DNA from: an uncultured Bacilli bacterium
Lineage (GTDB): Bacteria; Bacillota_I; Bacilli_A; RF39; UBA660
Length of the DNA stretch: 64,000 bases
NCBI GenBank assembly: GCA_947629325.1
Contig: CANRDE010000002.1
Span: 785-64,784, forward strand
Direction of reading: 5' to 3'
Part shown: piece after piece, positions 36,463 through 45,983 of the stretch
Layout: each line of letters begins with the position of its first letter
Numbering within the stretch: the stretch's first letter is position 1
The notes under the pieces: model-generated
What the model was told of the DNA's origin: nothing
Databases searched by the model: none
What the model saw: the letters and a program-made list of their open reading frames with translations, nothing else
Program-made: the position numbers and the translations under genes

Positions 36463-37734
36463 TTATAATTTATTTTTTAAATGACTAACAGCAATCATAA
36501 CTGCCAACCTACCTTGTTCATAAGTAAGACTTCCTTGTTGATATGCTATAAATGGTTCTCTTAATGGCCCATCACAAGATATTTCGCTAGTTGATCCTTG
36601 GACAAAAGAGCCAGAAGCCATAATGACTTGATCAGGATAACCAGGCATATCTGTAGGTTCAGGTACTGCATTAGCATCAATGGCAGAGGCTTTTTGAATA
36701 CCTCGACAGTATTCTATTAAATCTTTACTATTACCAAAAATAATGTTTTGGACTATATCTGCTCGTTTATCATTATATTTTGGTTCAACATTATACCCCA
36801 TTTTTTCTAACACCTTACTAGTTAAAATAGCAACTTTTAAACTACTAGCTACTACATGGGGTGCATGATATAATCCCATTAAAATTTGTTTATTCATTCC
36901 TAAAGTAGGACCAACTTCTTTTCCTTCTCCAGGAAGAGTTAATCTTTCACTTGCTAATGAAACTAAGTCTTTTCTCCCAATAATATACCCTCCATTAGGA
37001 GCCATTCCCCCTCCTAAGTTTTTGATTAGAGATCCCACTATAATATCTGCTCCAACCTCTAAGGGCGATAATTCTTCTACAAATTCACAATAACAATTAT
37101 CCACCATTATAATTACATCTTTATCTATTTCTTTAATCATTTTAATAACTTTAGCCAATTTGTCAATTGTGAGACTCTTTCGAGTCGAATATCCTTTGCT
37201 TCTTTGAATTTCAATTACTTTAACCTTTTTTTCCATTAATATTTTTCTTATTTTATCATAGTCAAAATCATCATCTATTAAATCGATTTGTTCATAGTTT
37301 ATTTTAAAAGATTTTAAGGAACTAGCATTTTCTTTAATGCCTATTACTTCATGTAAGGTATCATATGGAAGTCCCGTAATGCTTAATAATAAATCATTAG
37401 GTCTTAATAAAGCAAAAAGACAAACAGTAAGAGCATGAGATCCCGATATAAATTGGGAACGTACTAAGGCATCTTCTCCTCCTAAAACTTTAGCAAAAAC
37501 TTTTTCTATTTTATCGCGACCAATATCATTATAACCATAACCTGTTGTTCCTTCAAAATCAGCTTCACTTATTTTTTCTTCATTAAAGGCTTTTAAAACT
37601 TTAGCCATATTTTTAAAAGCATTTTCATCTATTACTTTAAAAATATGATTTAATTCTTCTTCTTCGTTTCCAATTAATTCGTAAATTTCTTTTTCTATTT
37701 TAAAATATTCTAATATATCATTCATTTTTACCAT
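36463..37734 (-). CDS. YnbB / Met_gamma_lyase-family PLP-dependent enzyme (so-called aluminium-resistance protein)
   Basis: 423 aa. Contains GTTGYGYND.GRD and SGSHAL, and the length matches this family as I remember it. Confidence 0.7.
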   Translation of the reverse strand: MVKMNDILEYFKIEKEIYELIGNEEEELNHIFKVIDENAFKNMAKVLKAFNEEKISEADFEGTTGYGYNDIGRDKIEKVFAKVLGGEDALVRSQFISGSHALTVCLFALLRPNDLLLSITGLPYDTLHEVIGIKENASSLKSFKINYEQIDLIDDDFDYDKIRKILMEKKVKVIEIQRSKGYSTRKSLTIDKLAKVIKMIKEIDKDVIIMVDNCYCEFVEELSPLEVGADIIVGSLIKNLGGGMAPNGGYIIGRKDLVSLASERLTLPGEGKEVGPTLGMNKQILMGLYHAPHVVASSLKVAILTSKVLEKMGYNVEPKYNDKRADIVQNIIFGNSKDLIEYCRGIQKASAIDANAVPEPTDMPGYPDQVIMASGSFVQGSTSEISCDGPLREPFIAYQQGSLTYEQGRLAVMIAVSHLKNKL

Positions 37735-38410
37735 CCATAACTATAACTGTTCCACTTATTATATTTTCATCGATCATCATTGAAATAATCTTTTGAGCAA
37801 CATCTTCTTTTTTTAATAATTTTTTTTGTTTTATTCTTTTTAATTCAGTTTTTATATACTCGGGATTAGCATTTAATACGGAATCTGTATCAATCCAATT
37901 AGGAGCTAATGTTAAAAATTTTATTTTGGAAAATCGTAAAGCTAAATTTTGCGTCAAATTAATTACTCCGGCTTTAGATGCCGAATAATCTAGGCTTAGA
38001 GGGGAAAAAGTATTAATACCATCCGTAGAAGAAATATTTATAATTATTCCCTTATCTAGTATTAAAGACGCATATTTAGAAATTAAAAATGTTCCTCCTA
38101 AATTTACTCCTAAAACTGTCATAAAATCATCTAGAGATTTATCATAGATATCATCATCTAAGGATAAAGAGGCACAATTAATCACAATATCTAAAGTTTG
38201 ATATTTCTCCTTTAATTTTGTAAATAAAAGTTCAACTTCACTTTCTTTGCTTATATCACATTGATAGCAATCAATTAGATTGTTATCGATTTGGTGAGTA
38301 TTAAAAGTTCCCATAATTTTAACATTATAATGTTCTAATTTTTCTATTAACGCTTTCCCTAGACCACTACTAGCCCCAACAATTAATATTTTTTTATTTT
38401 CTAAAGGCAT
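37718..38410 (-). CDS. short-chain dehydrogenase/reductase (SDR)
   Basis: 230 aa. Contains VGASSGLG (TGxxxGxG variant), NCAS and a YSASK catalytic motif. Confidence 0.85.
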   Translation of the reverse strand: MPLENKKILIVGASSGLGKALIEKLEHYNVKIMGTFNTHQIDNNLIDCYQCDISKESEVELLFTKLKEKYQTLDIVINCASLSLDDDIYDKSLDDFMTVLGVNLGGTFLISKYASLILDKGIIINISSTDGINTFSPLSLDYSASKAGVINLTQNLALRFSKIKFLTLAPNWIDTDSVLNANPEYIKTELKRIKQKKLLKKEDVAQKIISMMIDENIISGTVIVMDGKNE

Positions 38411-38436
38411 AAAATCACCTGTTAATAATTATATAA

Positions 38437-38940
38437 TTATTTTAAAATTGATGCAATTATATCAATACCAAAAATTATACTAATTAACATTAATGATCTT
38501 TTAATCCATTTAATATTTATTTTTTTTAATATTTTTTCAATAAAAGGATAAATTAAATAAGTAATTATTAGGCCTCCAATACCAAAGCAAAAAGCACTTA
38601 AAAAACATACAAATCCCCCAATATTTAAAAAATAACCGGTATAATCCCAAAGACGCATTTTGCCAAATTTTAATAATAAAAAACCACTTATTCCTTCTAA
38701 AGTACCAGTTAAAAAGAAGGAAATGAAAAAGATTAATAAGGGATATTTTTTTAATTTATAAATTAACATAATAAGGAGGGCTCCTATTCCATAAATTGGT
38801 AACCAGGGTCCGAATAAGATACCATGATTAAATAATTTACCACTATAAATATAGGTTAATATCATTTCATAAACATATCCTATGATACTGCAAACATAAA
38901 ATAAAACTCCTAGTTTAATTATTAAATTTTCCTTTTCCAT
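38437..38940 (-). CDS. polytopic membrane protein (DUF1113 / 'putative ABC-transporter type IV'-like)
   Basis: 167 aa with 4-5 helices and a GPWLPIYGIG motif. The family name is from memory. Confidence 0.45.
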   Translation of the reverse strand: MEKENLIIKLGVLFYVCSIIGYVYEMILTYIYSGKLFNHGILFGPWLPIYGIGALLIMLIYKLKKYPLLIFFISFFLTGTLEGISGFLLLKFGKMRLWDYTGYFLNIGGFVCFLSAFCFGIGGLIITYLIYPFIEKILKKINIKWIKRSLMLISIIFGIDIIASILK

Positions 38941-39049
38941 ATTTGATCACTTTTTTAGTATATCCCAAATCTTTACTATAACTATTCCAAATATTAGTAA
39001 TCAATATTAGTATAATAATTTATTATCTAACCATAATAAATTTAGAAAG

Positions 39050-39286
39050 GTGATAAATATGAATACAGAAAATAAAAAGGCGCCCGAAATGATATCTGAA
39101 AAAGATTTAGACTATTTAAAAGATATCTTTGGTTGGAATCATACTGCATATAAAATGATGCAAGACGCCCTTAAAAATGTACAAGATCGTAAAGTCGAAA
39201 AAGTTATTTCTGATTGTGCTAAATTATTTTATAAAAATTTGACAAACGTTTTAACTATTATTAAGGAGGTCAAAAACAATGAATAA
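39050..39286 (+). CDS. small helical protein, partner of the Coat-F-like gene
   Basis: 78 aa. Overlaps the next ORF by 8 nt. Confidence 0.4.
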   Translation: MINMNTENKKAPEMISEKDLDYLKDIFGWNHTAYKMMQDALKNVQDRKVEKVISDCAKLFYKNLTNVLTIIKEVKNNE

Positions 39287-39593
39287 TAATAAGGTCTGTA
39301 ACCCCAAAAAAGAAGTACCAACGGGTATTGAATTAAATGATCAAGATTATATGACTATTCTTTTAACCCATTTAAAAGAATTAGAAAAAAATATGACAGT
39401 GGCTTTAACTGAAGCATCAAATGAAAAATTGTATCGCGAATATAAAAAAATGTTCGATGCCATTGCTGATGCACAAAGAAAAAGTTATGAATTAATGTTT
39501 TATTTAGGTTGGTATACTTTAGAAAAAGCCAAAGATACTAAAATAGATGCTTTAGAAAAGAATTTACAAACTCAATTAGATAATTTAAATTAA
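39279..39593 (+). CDS. Coat F-domain-like (spore-coat-F family) protein
   Basis: 104 aa. The pattern LNDQDYMTILLTHLKELEKNMTVALTEASNEKLYREY is as in Coat F domains. Confidence 0.45.
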   Translation: MNNNKVCNPKKEVPTGIELNDQDYMTILLTHLKELEKNMTVALTEASNEKLYREYKKMFDAIADAQRKSYELMFYLGWYTLEKAKDTKIDALEKNLQTQLDNLN

Positions 39594-39615
39594 AGAGCTT
39601 CAATAGCTCTTTTTT
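39594..39615 (+). terminator. intrinsic terminator
   Basis: AGAGCT-tcaat-AGCTCT followed by TTTTT. Confidence 0.6.
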
Positions 39616-39642
39616 ATAAAAAAAGGCTTTTTAAAAGCCTTT
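39616..39642 (-). terminator. intrinsic terminator of the pilin-like operon
   Basis: AAAGGC....GCCTTT hairpin followed on the minus strand by T7. Confidence 0.55.
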
Positions 39643-40117
39643 ATTCACAACTACAACTATTATATTCGTCTTTCCAAGAATCAGTAGATAATTCTCCATT
39701 ATTTTGATAGTCTCTATATTTTTGCCCTACAAAGCTAAATTCCGCTCCTTTTTGGAAATATAAAGTATAACTATTTGGCGTTCCAATTGTTATTTCTACT
39801 TTACCATTAAAGGTTCCTTTTTCAGCTTTATAAAAACCGGAATCTATTAATTTATTAACTGTTAAACATACTTTATTAGCTGACTTACAACTAGTTTCAT
39901 TGTTATCAATTTTAATATTATTTATTCCTAAATTATAAGAATCTAGAAAATCATCAGCCGCTTTAACAACATTTGAAGCTTCAATTCTAAAAGCGTCTTC
40001 TCTCACACCACTACCAGTGTAAGGCAAAATGGCACTTACTGCAATAGTGGTAACAATAGCTAATACTACTATAACTGCCAATAATTCTATTAAAGTAAAA
40101 CCTTTTTTATTTTTCAT
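39641..40117 (-). CDS. type IV pilin / pseudopilin-like protein
   Basis: 158 aa. Class III signal MKNKKG/FTLIELLAVIVVLAIVTT. Internal Cys pair plus C-terminal ..NSCSCE. Confidence 0.8.
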   Translation of the reverse strand: MKNKKGFTLIELLAVIVVLAIVTTIAVSAILPYTGSGVREDAFRIEASNVVKAADDFLDSYNLGINNIKIDNNETSCKSANKVCLTVNKLIDSGFYKAEKGTFNGKVEITIGTPNSYTLYFQKGAEFSFVGQKYRDYQNNGELSTDSWKDEYNSCSCE

Positions 40118-40132
40118 TTATATCAAACCTAA

Positions 40133-40651
40133 CTATTCACCACAAGTAAAACTACCTAATTCATCATGTTGGGATTTATCGTAATCTTTTAAATCTTCTT
40201 TCTTAACTTCACCGGAAGTTTTTGTTACATAATAGCTTTCGTTATGCATATTAATACTATATGTATAACCAGGGCTATCATTCTTACTTGTAACTTTTAC
40301 AACGCCTTCATATTTATCAGTAGCTATATCGGAAACATCTTTATTTTTCAAAAATCCTAATTCAATTAATTTAGTCATCGTAAAACAATAAACTGTTTCA
40401 CTATCACTGGTTGTAACTTTATAATTGCTATCTTGACTACCTGCTTGAACATATCCAAGACTAATTGCTGTTATAGCATCAGAAGCACCAGTTCTCAATG
40501 CGTTGGCTTCAACTACGAAAGCGTCTTGTTTCACAGATGGTATTTGAGGTAAAACAACACTAACGGCAATAGTAGTAACAATTGCTAGTACTACAATAAC
40601 TGCTAATAATTCAATTAAAGTAAAACCTTTCTCATTTCTAAAAGTTTTCAT
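40133..40651 (-). CDS. type IV pilin / pseudopilin-like protein (paralog of 39641..40117)
   Basis: Start is placed at MKTFRNEKG/FTLIELLAVIVVLAIVTT, with GAGGTGA upstream. The ORF-track start is 40708. The C-terminus reads ..GSFTCGE. Confidence 0.8.
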   Translation of the reverse strand: MKTFRNEKGFTLIELLAVIVVLAIVTTIAVSVVLPQIPSVKQDAFVVEANALRTGASDAITAISLGYVQAGSQDSNYKVTTSDSETVYCFTMTKLIELGFLKNKDVSDIATDKYEGVVKVTSKNDSPGYTYSINMHNESYYVTKTSGEVKKEDLKDYDKSQHDELGSFTCGE

Positions 40652-40736
40652 ACAACTTTCACCTCTATCTTCTAAATTAATCTTACAATAATTATGTTTT
40701 AATGTCAATTATTAAGAATTTATTTTACAATTATTC

Positions 40737-41717
40737 TTAATTTTCTATATGATTTATTATATAACTAGTACTGCTAATATTACCCACGGTATCTTTAACG
40801 CAGATTAAATAATTTCCGTTAGCACTTACTATAAATTTATTATTACTTTGATACTTATTTAAAATACTATTACTGGTACATAAAGTTCCTGAAGGAACAA
40901 TTCCCATAAAATATTCCTTAATTCCGGATCCATTACCATCGCTAGCTTCAATGGTTACTTCTTTAGTTTTAGTATTAACAAATTTATTAGAAACTTTTAT
41001 TTCATTTTCATAAATAACCGGACTCTCATTATCTATTTTTAAATTAACTATCTTATTATATCTTTTTATTTCTTTACTTTCTCCATCTAAAACTATGTAT
41101 TCAAAACTATATCTTGTTTGTAATATTCCTTTTATATCGTCTATTAAAATATTACTAACTCCGCTTTTGCTCGCCCCACTACTACTATGCCATAAACATT
41201 TACTACTACTACAATCAATATTTACAGTATTACTAAATGCACTTAAAGAAACTGTTCCTTTTAACCAAGCATTGGTATTTAATACGGAGGCTCCATTATT
41301 TATAATATCAATATTAATATCTTCATTATAATTATTTAGTTTTTGGGAATCACATTCACCATTTGCTTCATAACTTTCCCCATCAATAAATTGAGCGGTA
41401 TAATAATTTTTCTCTTTGGTCATTTCCACTAAATAACAATTCATTTTCATGTTATTTAAAGGGTCAATTATACTATCATCATCATCGCTATCTAAGTAGC
41501 CATTTTTAATAAGAGTATCAACAAAAACTAAAGTTTCTTTAGTATCATAAGCATATTTAGCTGCCGCAATTTCGATATTATTTATAATACTTTTTCGATG
41601 ATTTTCTCTTATTTTATTGGCAAAAATACTAATATTAGGAATTAAAAGGGCCATAAGTAAAGACAAAATGGCTATTGTCGCTAATAATTCAATTAAGGTA
41701 AACCCTTTATTATTCAT
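40737..41717 (-). CDS. large type IV pilin-like protein with an extended C-terminal (Ig-like?) region
   Basis: 326 aa. Begins MNNKG/FTLIELLATIAILSLL. AGGTGA RBS. A TTGAAT-17-TAAAAT promoter-like element lies at ~41735-41765. Confidence 0.75.
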   Translation of the reverse strand: MNNKGFTLIELLATIAILSLLMALLIPNISIFANKIRENHRKSIINNIEIAAAKYAYDTKETLVFVDTLIKNGYLDSDDDDSIIDPLNNMKMNCYLVEMTKEKNYYTAQFIDGESYEANGECDSQKLNNYNEDINIDIINNGASVLNTNAWLKGTVSLSAFSNTVNIDCSSSKCLWHSSSGASKSGVSNILIDDIKGILQTRYSFEYIVLDGESKEIKRYNKIVNLKIDNESPVIYENEIKVSNKFVNTKTKEVTIEASDGNGSGIKEYFMGIVPSGTLCTSNSILNKYQSNNKFIVSANGNYLICVKDTVGNISSTSYIINHIEN

Positions 41718-41794
41718 ATTGTCACCTAGAATAATTTTATCTCAAATATGTATTTAATTCAACCAAGAAAAAAGATAGAAATCTATCTTCAATT

Positions 41795-42646
41795 TTAACT
41801 AAAAGCTACATCCAACATCATCATAATAACAAAACCTAATAAAGTAAAAAAACTCATTAAATTTTTCTTTTTATTATTTTGACTTTCCGGAATTAACTCA
41901 CTAACAGCAACATATATCATAGCTCCAGCGGCAAAAGCCAAGAAAAAGGGCAAAATATTTTTAACATAAATAACTAAAAAGCATCCTATTAATCCCGCAA
42001 TTGGTTCAACAATTCCCGAAAGCATTCCTAAAACAAATGATTTTATGCGGCTAAAATTTTCTCTCCTTAAGGGAAGACTAACAGCAGTTCCTTCGGGAAA
42101 ATTTTGAATTCCTACTCCAACAGCTAACATAAAGGCCGCGGTCAAAGATGATAAATTATTATTTCCAACTATAGATCCAAAAGCAACACCAATAGCTAAT
42201 CCTTCGGGAATATTATGCAAAGTAATAGAAAACATTAACATTAAACTTCTTTTTAGGCCTTTTAAGTTTTTTTGTTTTCTTTTATTTAATATGTGAGCAA
42301 AAAAATTATCTCCCGCTATTAAGATAATGCTTCCGGCTAAAAAGCCAATTGAAACAACTAACCAAGCTACCATTCCTAACTCTTTGGCTTCCTCTATAGC
42401 CGGATTTAATAAGGACCAAAATGATGCCGCAATCATAACTCCTGCGGATAATCCTAACATAGCATCTAAAATAGTACCATTCACTTTTTTAAAAAAGAAA
42501 ACAATAGCAGCTCCTAAAGAGGTAATTGCCCAAGTCATAAGAGTAGCAATTAATACTTGAATGTAGACTCCTGAATTAATATAAAAATCAACCAATTTAA
42601 ACACCCTATTATAGTATAGGCTTTCTAAATTTCTTTGTGTAGGCAA
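41795..42646 (-). CDS. ZIP-family zinc/metal transporter (ZupT/GufA-like)
   Basis: Contains HNIPEGLAIGVAFG and QNFPEGTAVSLPL. The listed start is a TTG without an RBS, directly after the neighbour's terminator. The true start is probably within 42538-42595. Confidence 0.8.
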   Translation of the reverse strand: MPTQRNLESLYYNRVFKLVDFYINSGVYIQVLIATLMTWAITSLGAAIVFFFKKVNGTILDAMLGLSAGVMIAASFWSLLNPAIEEAKELGMVAWLVVSIGFLAGSIILIAGDNFFAHILNKRKQKNLKGLKRSLMLMFSITLHNIPEGLAIGVAFGSIVGNNNLSSLTAAFMLAVGVGIQNFPEGTAVSLPLRRENFSRIKSFVLGMLSGIVEPIAGLIGCFLVIYVKNILPFFLAFAAGAMIYVAVSELIPESQNNKKKNLMSFFTLLGFVIMMMLDVAFS

Positions 42647-42684
42647 ATAAAAAACTATTTATCTTAATTTAATAAATAGTTTTT
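42645..42684 (-). terminator. intrinsic terminator of the dehydrogenase gene
   Basis: AAAAACTATTTA (42650-42661) pairs with TAAATAGTTTTT (42673-42684). Confidence 0.55.
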
Positions 42685-42689
42685 AAACA

Positions 42690-43703
42690 TTATTTTTTAG
42701 GATTGACTAATATTTTAATACAGTCTGAGGTACCACTATAAAGTTCTTCATAGGCACTTTGAACTTCGTCTAATCCGATTTCTTTAGATATAAATTTTTT
42801 TACATCTATTTCTTTATTAGATATTAAATCTATACATTTTGCAAATTCATCTTTTTTATAAGCTATGGCTCCTATTACATTAATTTCTTTCATAACTGTT
42901 TGAATAGTAGCTAGATTAATAGGCGTCATAGAAACCCCAACTAAAATAACTTTTCCACCGGCTTTAACAAGATTCATGGCACTATTTACAGCAGGAGTAT
43001 TACCACAACATTCGATCACCTTATCAAATGTTGAACTACATTCGTTCATGGCTTTTTCATCTAAAGCGTTAATCCATTCATCAGCTACACCCAATTTAAC
43101 AGCTGCTTCACCTCGTTTAGGATTAGTTTCGGATACTACTACTTTACTAGCTCCATTTTTCTTAGCAAACATAGCAGAGACTAAACCAATTATTCCTCCA
43201 CCAACTACTAAGACATGATCTCCAATTTTAATGTATGCCAAATTAATTGCATGTAATCCCACTGCCGTAGGTTCTACAAGAGCTCCTTCTTCATCGGTCA
43301 TATTATCTGGGATTTTTAAAACCATATCGCTTCTTACACTTAGTTGAGGAGCTAGCCCTCCGGGATTATCTAATGACAATCCACTAGCATAAGTCCAAGT
43401 ATCTTTACAATAATGAATGTCTCCTCTTAAACAGGCCTCACATTTACCACATGGAGAAATAGGTAAAGCCGTAACGCGATCACCTACTTTTAAATCTTCA
43501 CGTCCTCCATTATCAATAACTGTTCCTGAATATTCATGGCCCATTACTAAACCAATGGGATTTCCTAACTCCCAATAATGAATATCGGAGCCACAAATTC
43601 CCGTTTTTTTAACATCAATTATTACTTTTCCTTGTTCTTTCTCGGGAACTTTAGAATCTTTAACTTCAAATTGTTTGACTCCTTTTATTACTACACTTTT
43701 CAT
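42690..43703 (-). CDS. zinc-dependent medium-chain alcohol/polyol dehydrogenase
   Basis: 337 aa. Contains GICGSDIHY, GHEYSG, the structural-Zn cluster CGKCEACLRGDIHYC and the GGGIIG Rossmann motif. Confidence 0.85.
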   Translation of the reverse strand: MKSVVIKGVKQFEVKDSKVPEKEQGKVIIDVKKTGICGSDIHYWELGNPIGLVMGHEYSGTVIDNGGREDLKVGDRVTALPISPCGKCEACLRGDIHYCKDTWTYASGLSLDNPGGLAPQLSVRSDMVLKIPDNMTDEEGALVEPTAVGLHAINLAYIKIGDHVLVVGGGIIGLVSAMFAKKNGASKVVVSETNPKRGEAAVKLGVADEWINALDEKAMNECSSTFDKVIECCGNTPAVNSAMNLVKAGGKVILVGVSMTPINLATIQTVMKEINVIGAIAYKKDEFAKCIDLISNKEIDVKKFISKEIGLDEVQSAYEELYSGTSDCIKILVNPKK

Positions 43704-43775
43704 ATATCCTCCTATTATTTAGTATAGCACAGGAAATTATTTTTATAAATTAATTTAACTTTCTTTTGACATTTT

Positions 43776-44957
43776 TTATTTATACATAATGTCAATATCA
43801 ACATCGCCATTTATGCCATCAATTTGGCCATTATTACACATTTGCCAAATTTGATAATCACCCTCATAATTTGTTTTAGAAGTATAATGGGCTAACCAAA
43901 TCGGAAAATTTAACTTGTTAGTCCAAATCGTCTCTAAATAAAATTTGCTACTATAAAGCATTCCTTCATAGCCTTTACTCTTTACAGTAGACATAAAAGT
44001 ATTAGCTATATCATTTATTTCGTAAAAACTTATTTTATAAGAATTCCAATTAGTCCAATTTTCCCAGTCAAAAACAATAGGTAAGTCTAATTTTTCACCA
44101 TCTAAAATATCTAGTACCCAATTTGCATGTTCTAAAGCCTCTTTTTTAGTGGTAGCAATACTATATAAATAAACTCCTACTTTTAACCCAGCCTCTTTGG
44201 CCTTTTTTAGATTTTCTTCATAAAATGAATCTAAGCTTAATTCACGAGTTTCTGATCCTTCTACCCCAATTCGAATCATAACAAAACTAGCTCCAGCATT
44301 TTTGACTTTTTCAAAATCGATATCACCTTGCCATTTTGATACATCAATACCGATTTCATTATTATCATTTTTATATTTTGCATATACATCTTGAAAAGAA
44401 GTTTTAACAACGTCTGTATTACTTCCACCATTGTTTGCTTTTTTTATTACATTTAAAGTAACATTAACTTTTTTAATATTATTACTACTATCACTTAATT
44501 CATATTTTAACTGATACTTTCCTTCTTTTCCTAAATCATAATCCCCGGTAATTGTACATTTTATATTTCCACTATAATTATCACCATAAGTAATTAAATT
44601 ACATAAATCACCTTTATAATTTATATTAACAGTTTTATTCGTGCCACTAAATACAATAGGAGGTTCACTATCTACAATATTGACCATAAATTTATAGACA
44701 TATTTCTTATCATCTTTTTTATAATAAACTTTGTATTCTTTTTGTCCCAATTTTTTTGTATCTATATCATAGTTTTTGCTTATAATTTCAGCATCTTTAA
44801 TAGATATGATATCATAAAGCTTCATTTCATTATAAACTTCGATATTATCTTGAATAACATTTATATAATTCTGATTTATATCTTCTTTAGCTATAATTGG
44901 AAGATAAGAATTTAAAAAACCAAATAATATTGCCATTATAATTTTCATAACAATCAC
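43776..44957 (-). CDS. secreted GH25 muramidase with N-terminal Ig-like domain(s)
   Basis: 393 aa. GIDVSKWQGDIDFEKVKNAGASFVMIRIG is the GH25 signature. Upstream, DSEPPIV...GKYQLKYELSDSSNN is an Ig-like repeat. The start may be the ATG at 44948. Confidence 0.8.
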   Translation of the reverse strand: MIVMKIIMAILFGFLNSYLPIIAKEDINQNYINVIQDNIEVYNEMKLYDIISIKDAEIISKNYDIDTKKLGQKEYKVYYKKDDKKYVYKFMVNIVDSEPPIVFSGTNKTVNINYKGDLCNLITYGDNYSGNIKCTITGDYDLGKEGKYQLKYELSDSSNNIKKVNVTLNVIKKANNGGSNTDVVKTSFQDVYAKYKNDNNEIGIDVSKWQGDIDFEKVKNAGASFVMIRIGVEGSETRELSLDSFYEENLKKAKEAGLKVGVYLYSIATTKKEALEHANWVLDILDGEKLDLPIVFDWENWTNWNSYKISFYEINDIANTFMSTVKSKGYEGMLYSSKFYLETIWTNKLNFPIWLAHYTSKTNYEGDYQIWQMCNNGQIDGINGDVDIDIMYK

Positions 44958-44983
44958 GTTTAAATTATAGCATTATTTCCACA

Positions 44984-45008
44984 TTAAAAAAAGATGCTCT
45001 TGCATCTT
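44984..45008 (-). terminator. intrinsic terminator of the three-gene unknown operon
   Basis: AAGATGC-tctt-GCATCTT followed on the minus strand by T7. Confidence 0.6.
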
Positions 45009-45292
45009 TATAAATACTCTACTACTTTTATTTGTTTTAATTTTTCAATTAAATCTTCAGGTTCATATTTAGAAAAAATTTGAACAAAATTACTATGGTC
45101 CATTAAGAACATATCATAATATTCTAAAAATATTTCTTTATAATTAGTAACTCCTAAATCTTTTAAATAATTAATATTTTCTCCTACTAATTTTTTATTA
45201 TCCTTAACGGCATCAATTAATTTTTTAGGTGAATTATTTAAAAATTCCGCTATTTCTTCTTTGGTAAAATCATACTTTTCTAAAAATTTCAT
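45008..45292 (-). CDS. hypothetical helical protein (94 aa)
   Basis: GGAGGT RBS. ATGA overlap with the upstream gene. Confidence 0.6.
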   Translation of the reverse strand: MKFLEKYDFTKEEIAEFLNNSPKKLIDAVKDNKKLVGENINYLKDLGVTNYKEIFLEYYDMFLMDHSNFVQIFSKYEPEDLIEKLKQIKVVEYL

Positions 45293-45972
45293 GCAACTCT
45301 ACCTCCAAAATTATTTTCTTCTTCTCCGTTAAATTCGAAATCTAAAATTCTTGCCATATTTTCTCTTGCATTATCTGGTCCTAATTGATCATTTAAATCT
45401 CCTGCGATTCCTTCAAAGGTAGTATTGGCTATTCCATTTGATTGATTATATTTTGCTAAATCTTCTCTCAAAGATTCTAATTCTTTTCTTTGATTATTAA
45501 TGCTTGACAAATCTTGATCATATGCATTTGTAGGCTGTATCCCAGCATTAACGTCTGGTTCTAATATTACCGTTTCCGGTTGCTTTTCATTTTGAATGCC
45601 AATAACTTGATTCCATTTATCATTAGAATAATTTAACATTGTTACATCAATATCCATTCCATTTTGGCGAAAATATTGAATTCTCTTTCTTAAATCAAAA
45701 AGATCTTTATTTAGCAAAATAGGATTTTGAACATAACATTCTAAGGCATTAATATCATTTTTCATTACATCAATTCTTGTTCTTAAAACATCTAATGAAT
45801 TTGCTAAAACTTTTAGTTCAGAAGCTCTATTTATTACAATACCATGCTCTCTTAATAATGCTAACTTTGCATATAAATCATCTATAAAAGATGCAACAGC
45901 TGGAAATTTTTTAATGAATTTTTGATATTCCTTTGCATTTAAAATAGATTGAAAATCTAATATGGTTGCCAT
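45289..45972 (-). CDS. hypothetical protein (227 aa), helical N-half and disordered acidic/N-Q-rich C-half
   Basis: AGGAGGT RBS 6 nt upstream. Lies 11 nt after the upstream gene. Confidence 0.6.
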   Translation of the reverse strand: MATILDFQSILNAKEYQKFIKKFPAVASFIDDLYAKLALLREHGIVINRASELKVLANSLDVLRTRIDVMKNDINALECYVQNPILLNKDLFDLRKRIQYFRQNGMDIDVTMLNYSNDKWNQVIGIQNEKQPETVILEPDVNAGIQPTNAYDQDLSSINNQRKELESLREDLAKYNQSNGIANTTFEGIAGDLNDQLGPDNARENMARILDFEFNGEEENNFGGRVA

Positions 45973-45983
45973 ATTCTTACCTC

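Noticed and set aside
42645-42684. Palindrome upstream of the ZupT-like gene, considered as a Zur-type operator
   Set aside because: The sequence (AAAAACTATTTA...TAAATAGTTTTT) does not resemble the TCGTAAT-N-ATTACGA-type Zur box. It is better explained as the terminator of the upstream dehydrogenase gene.
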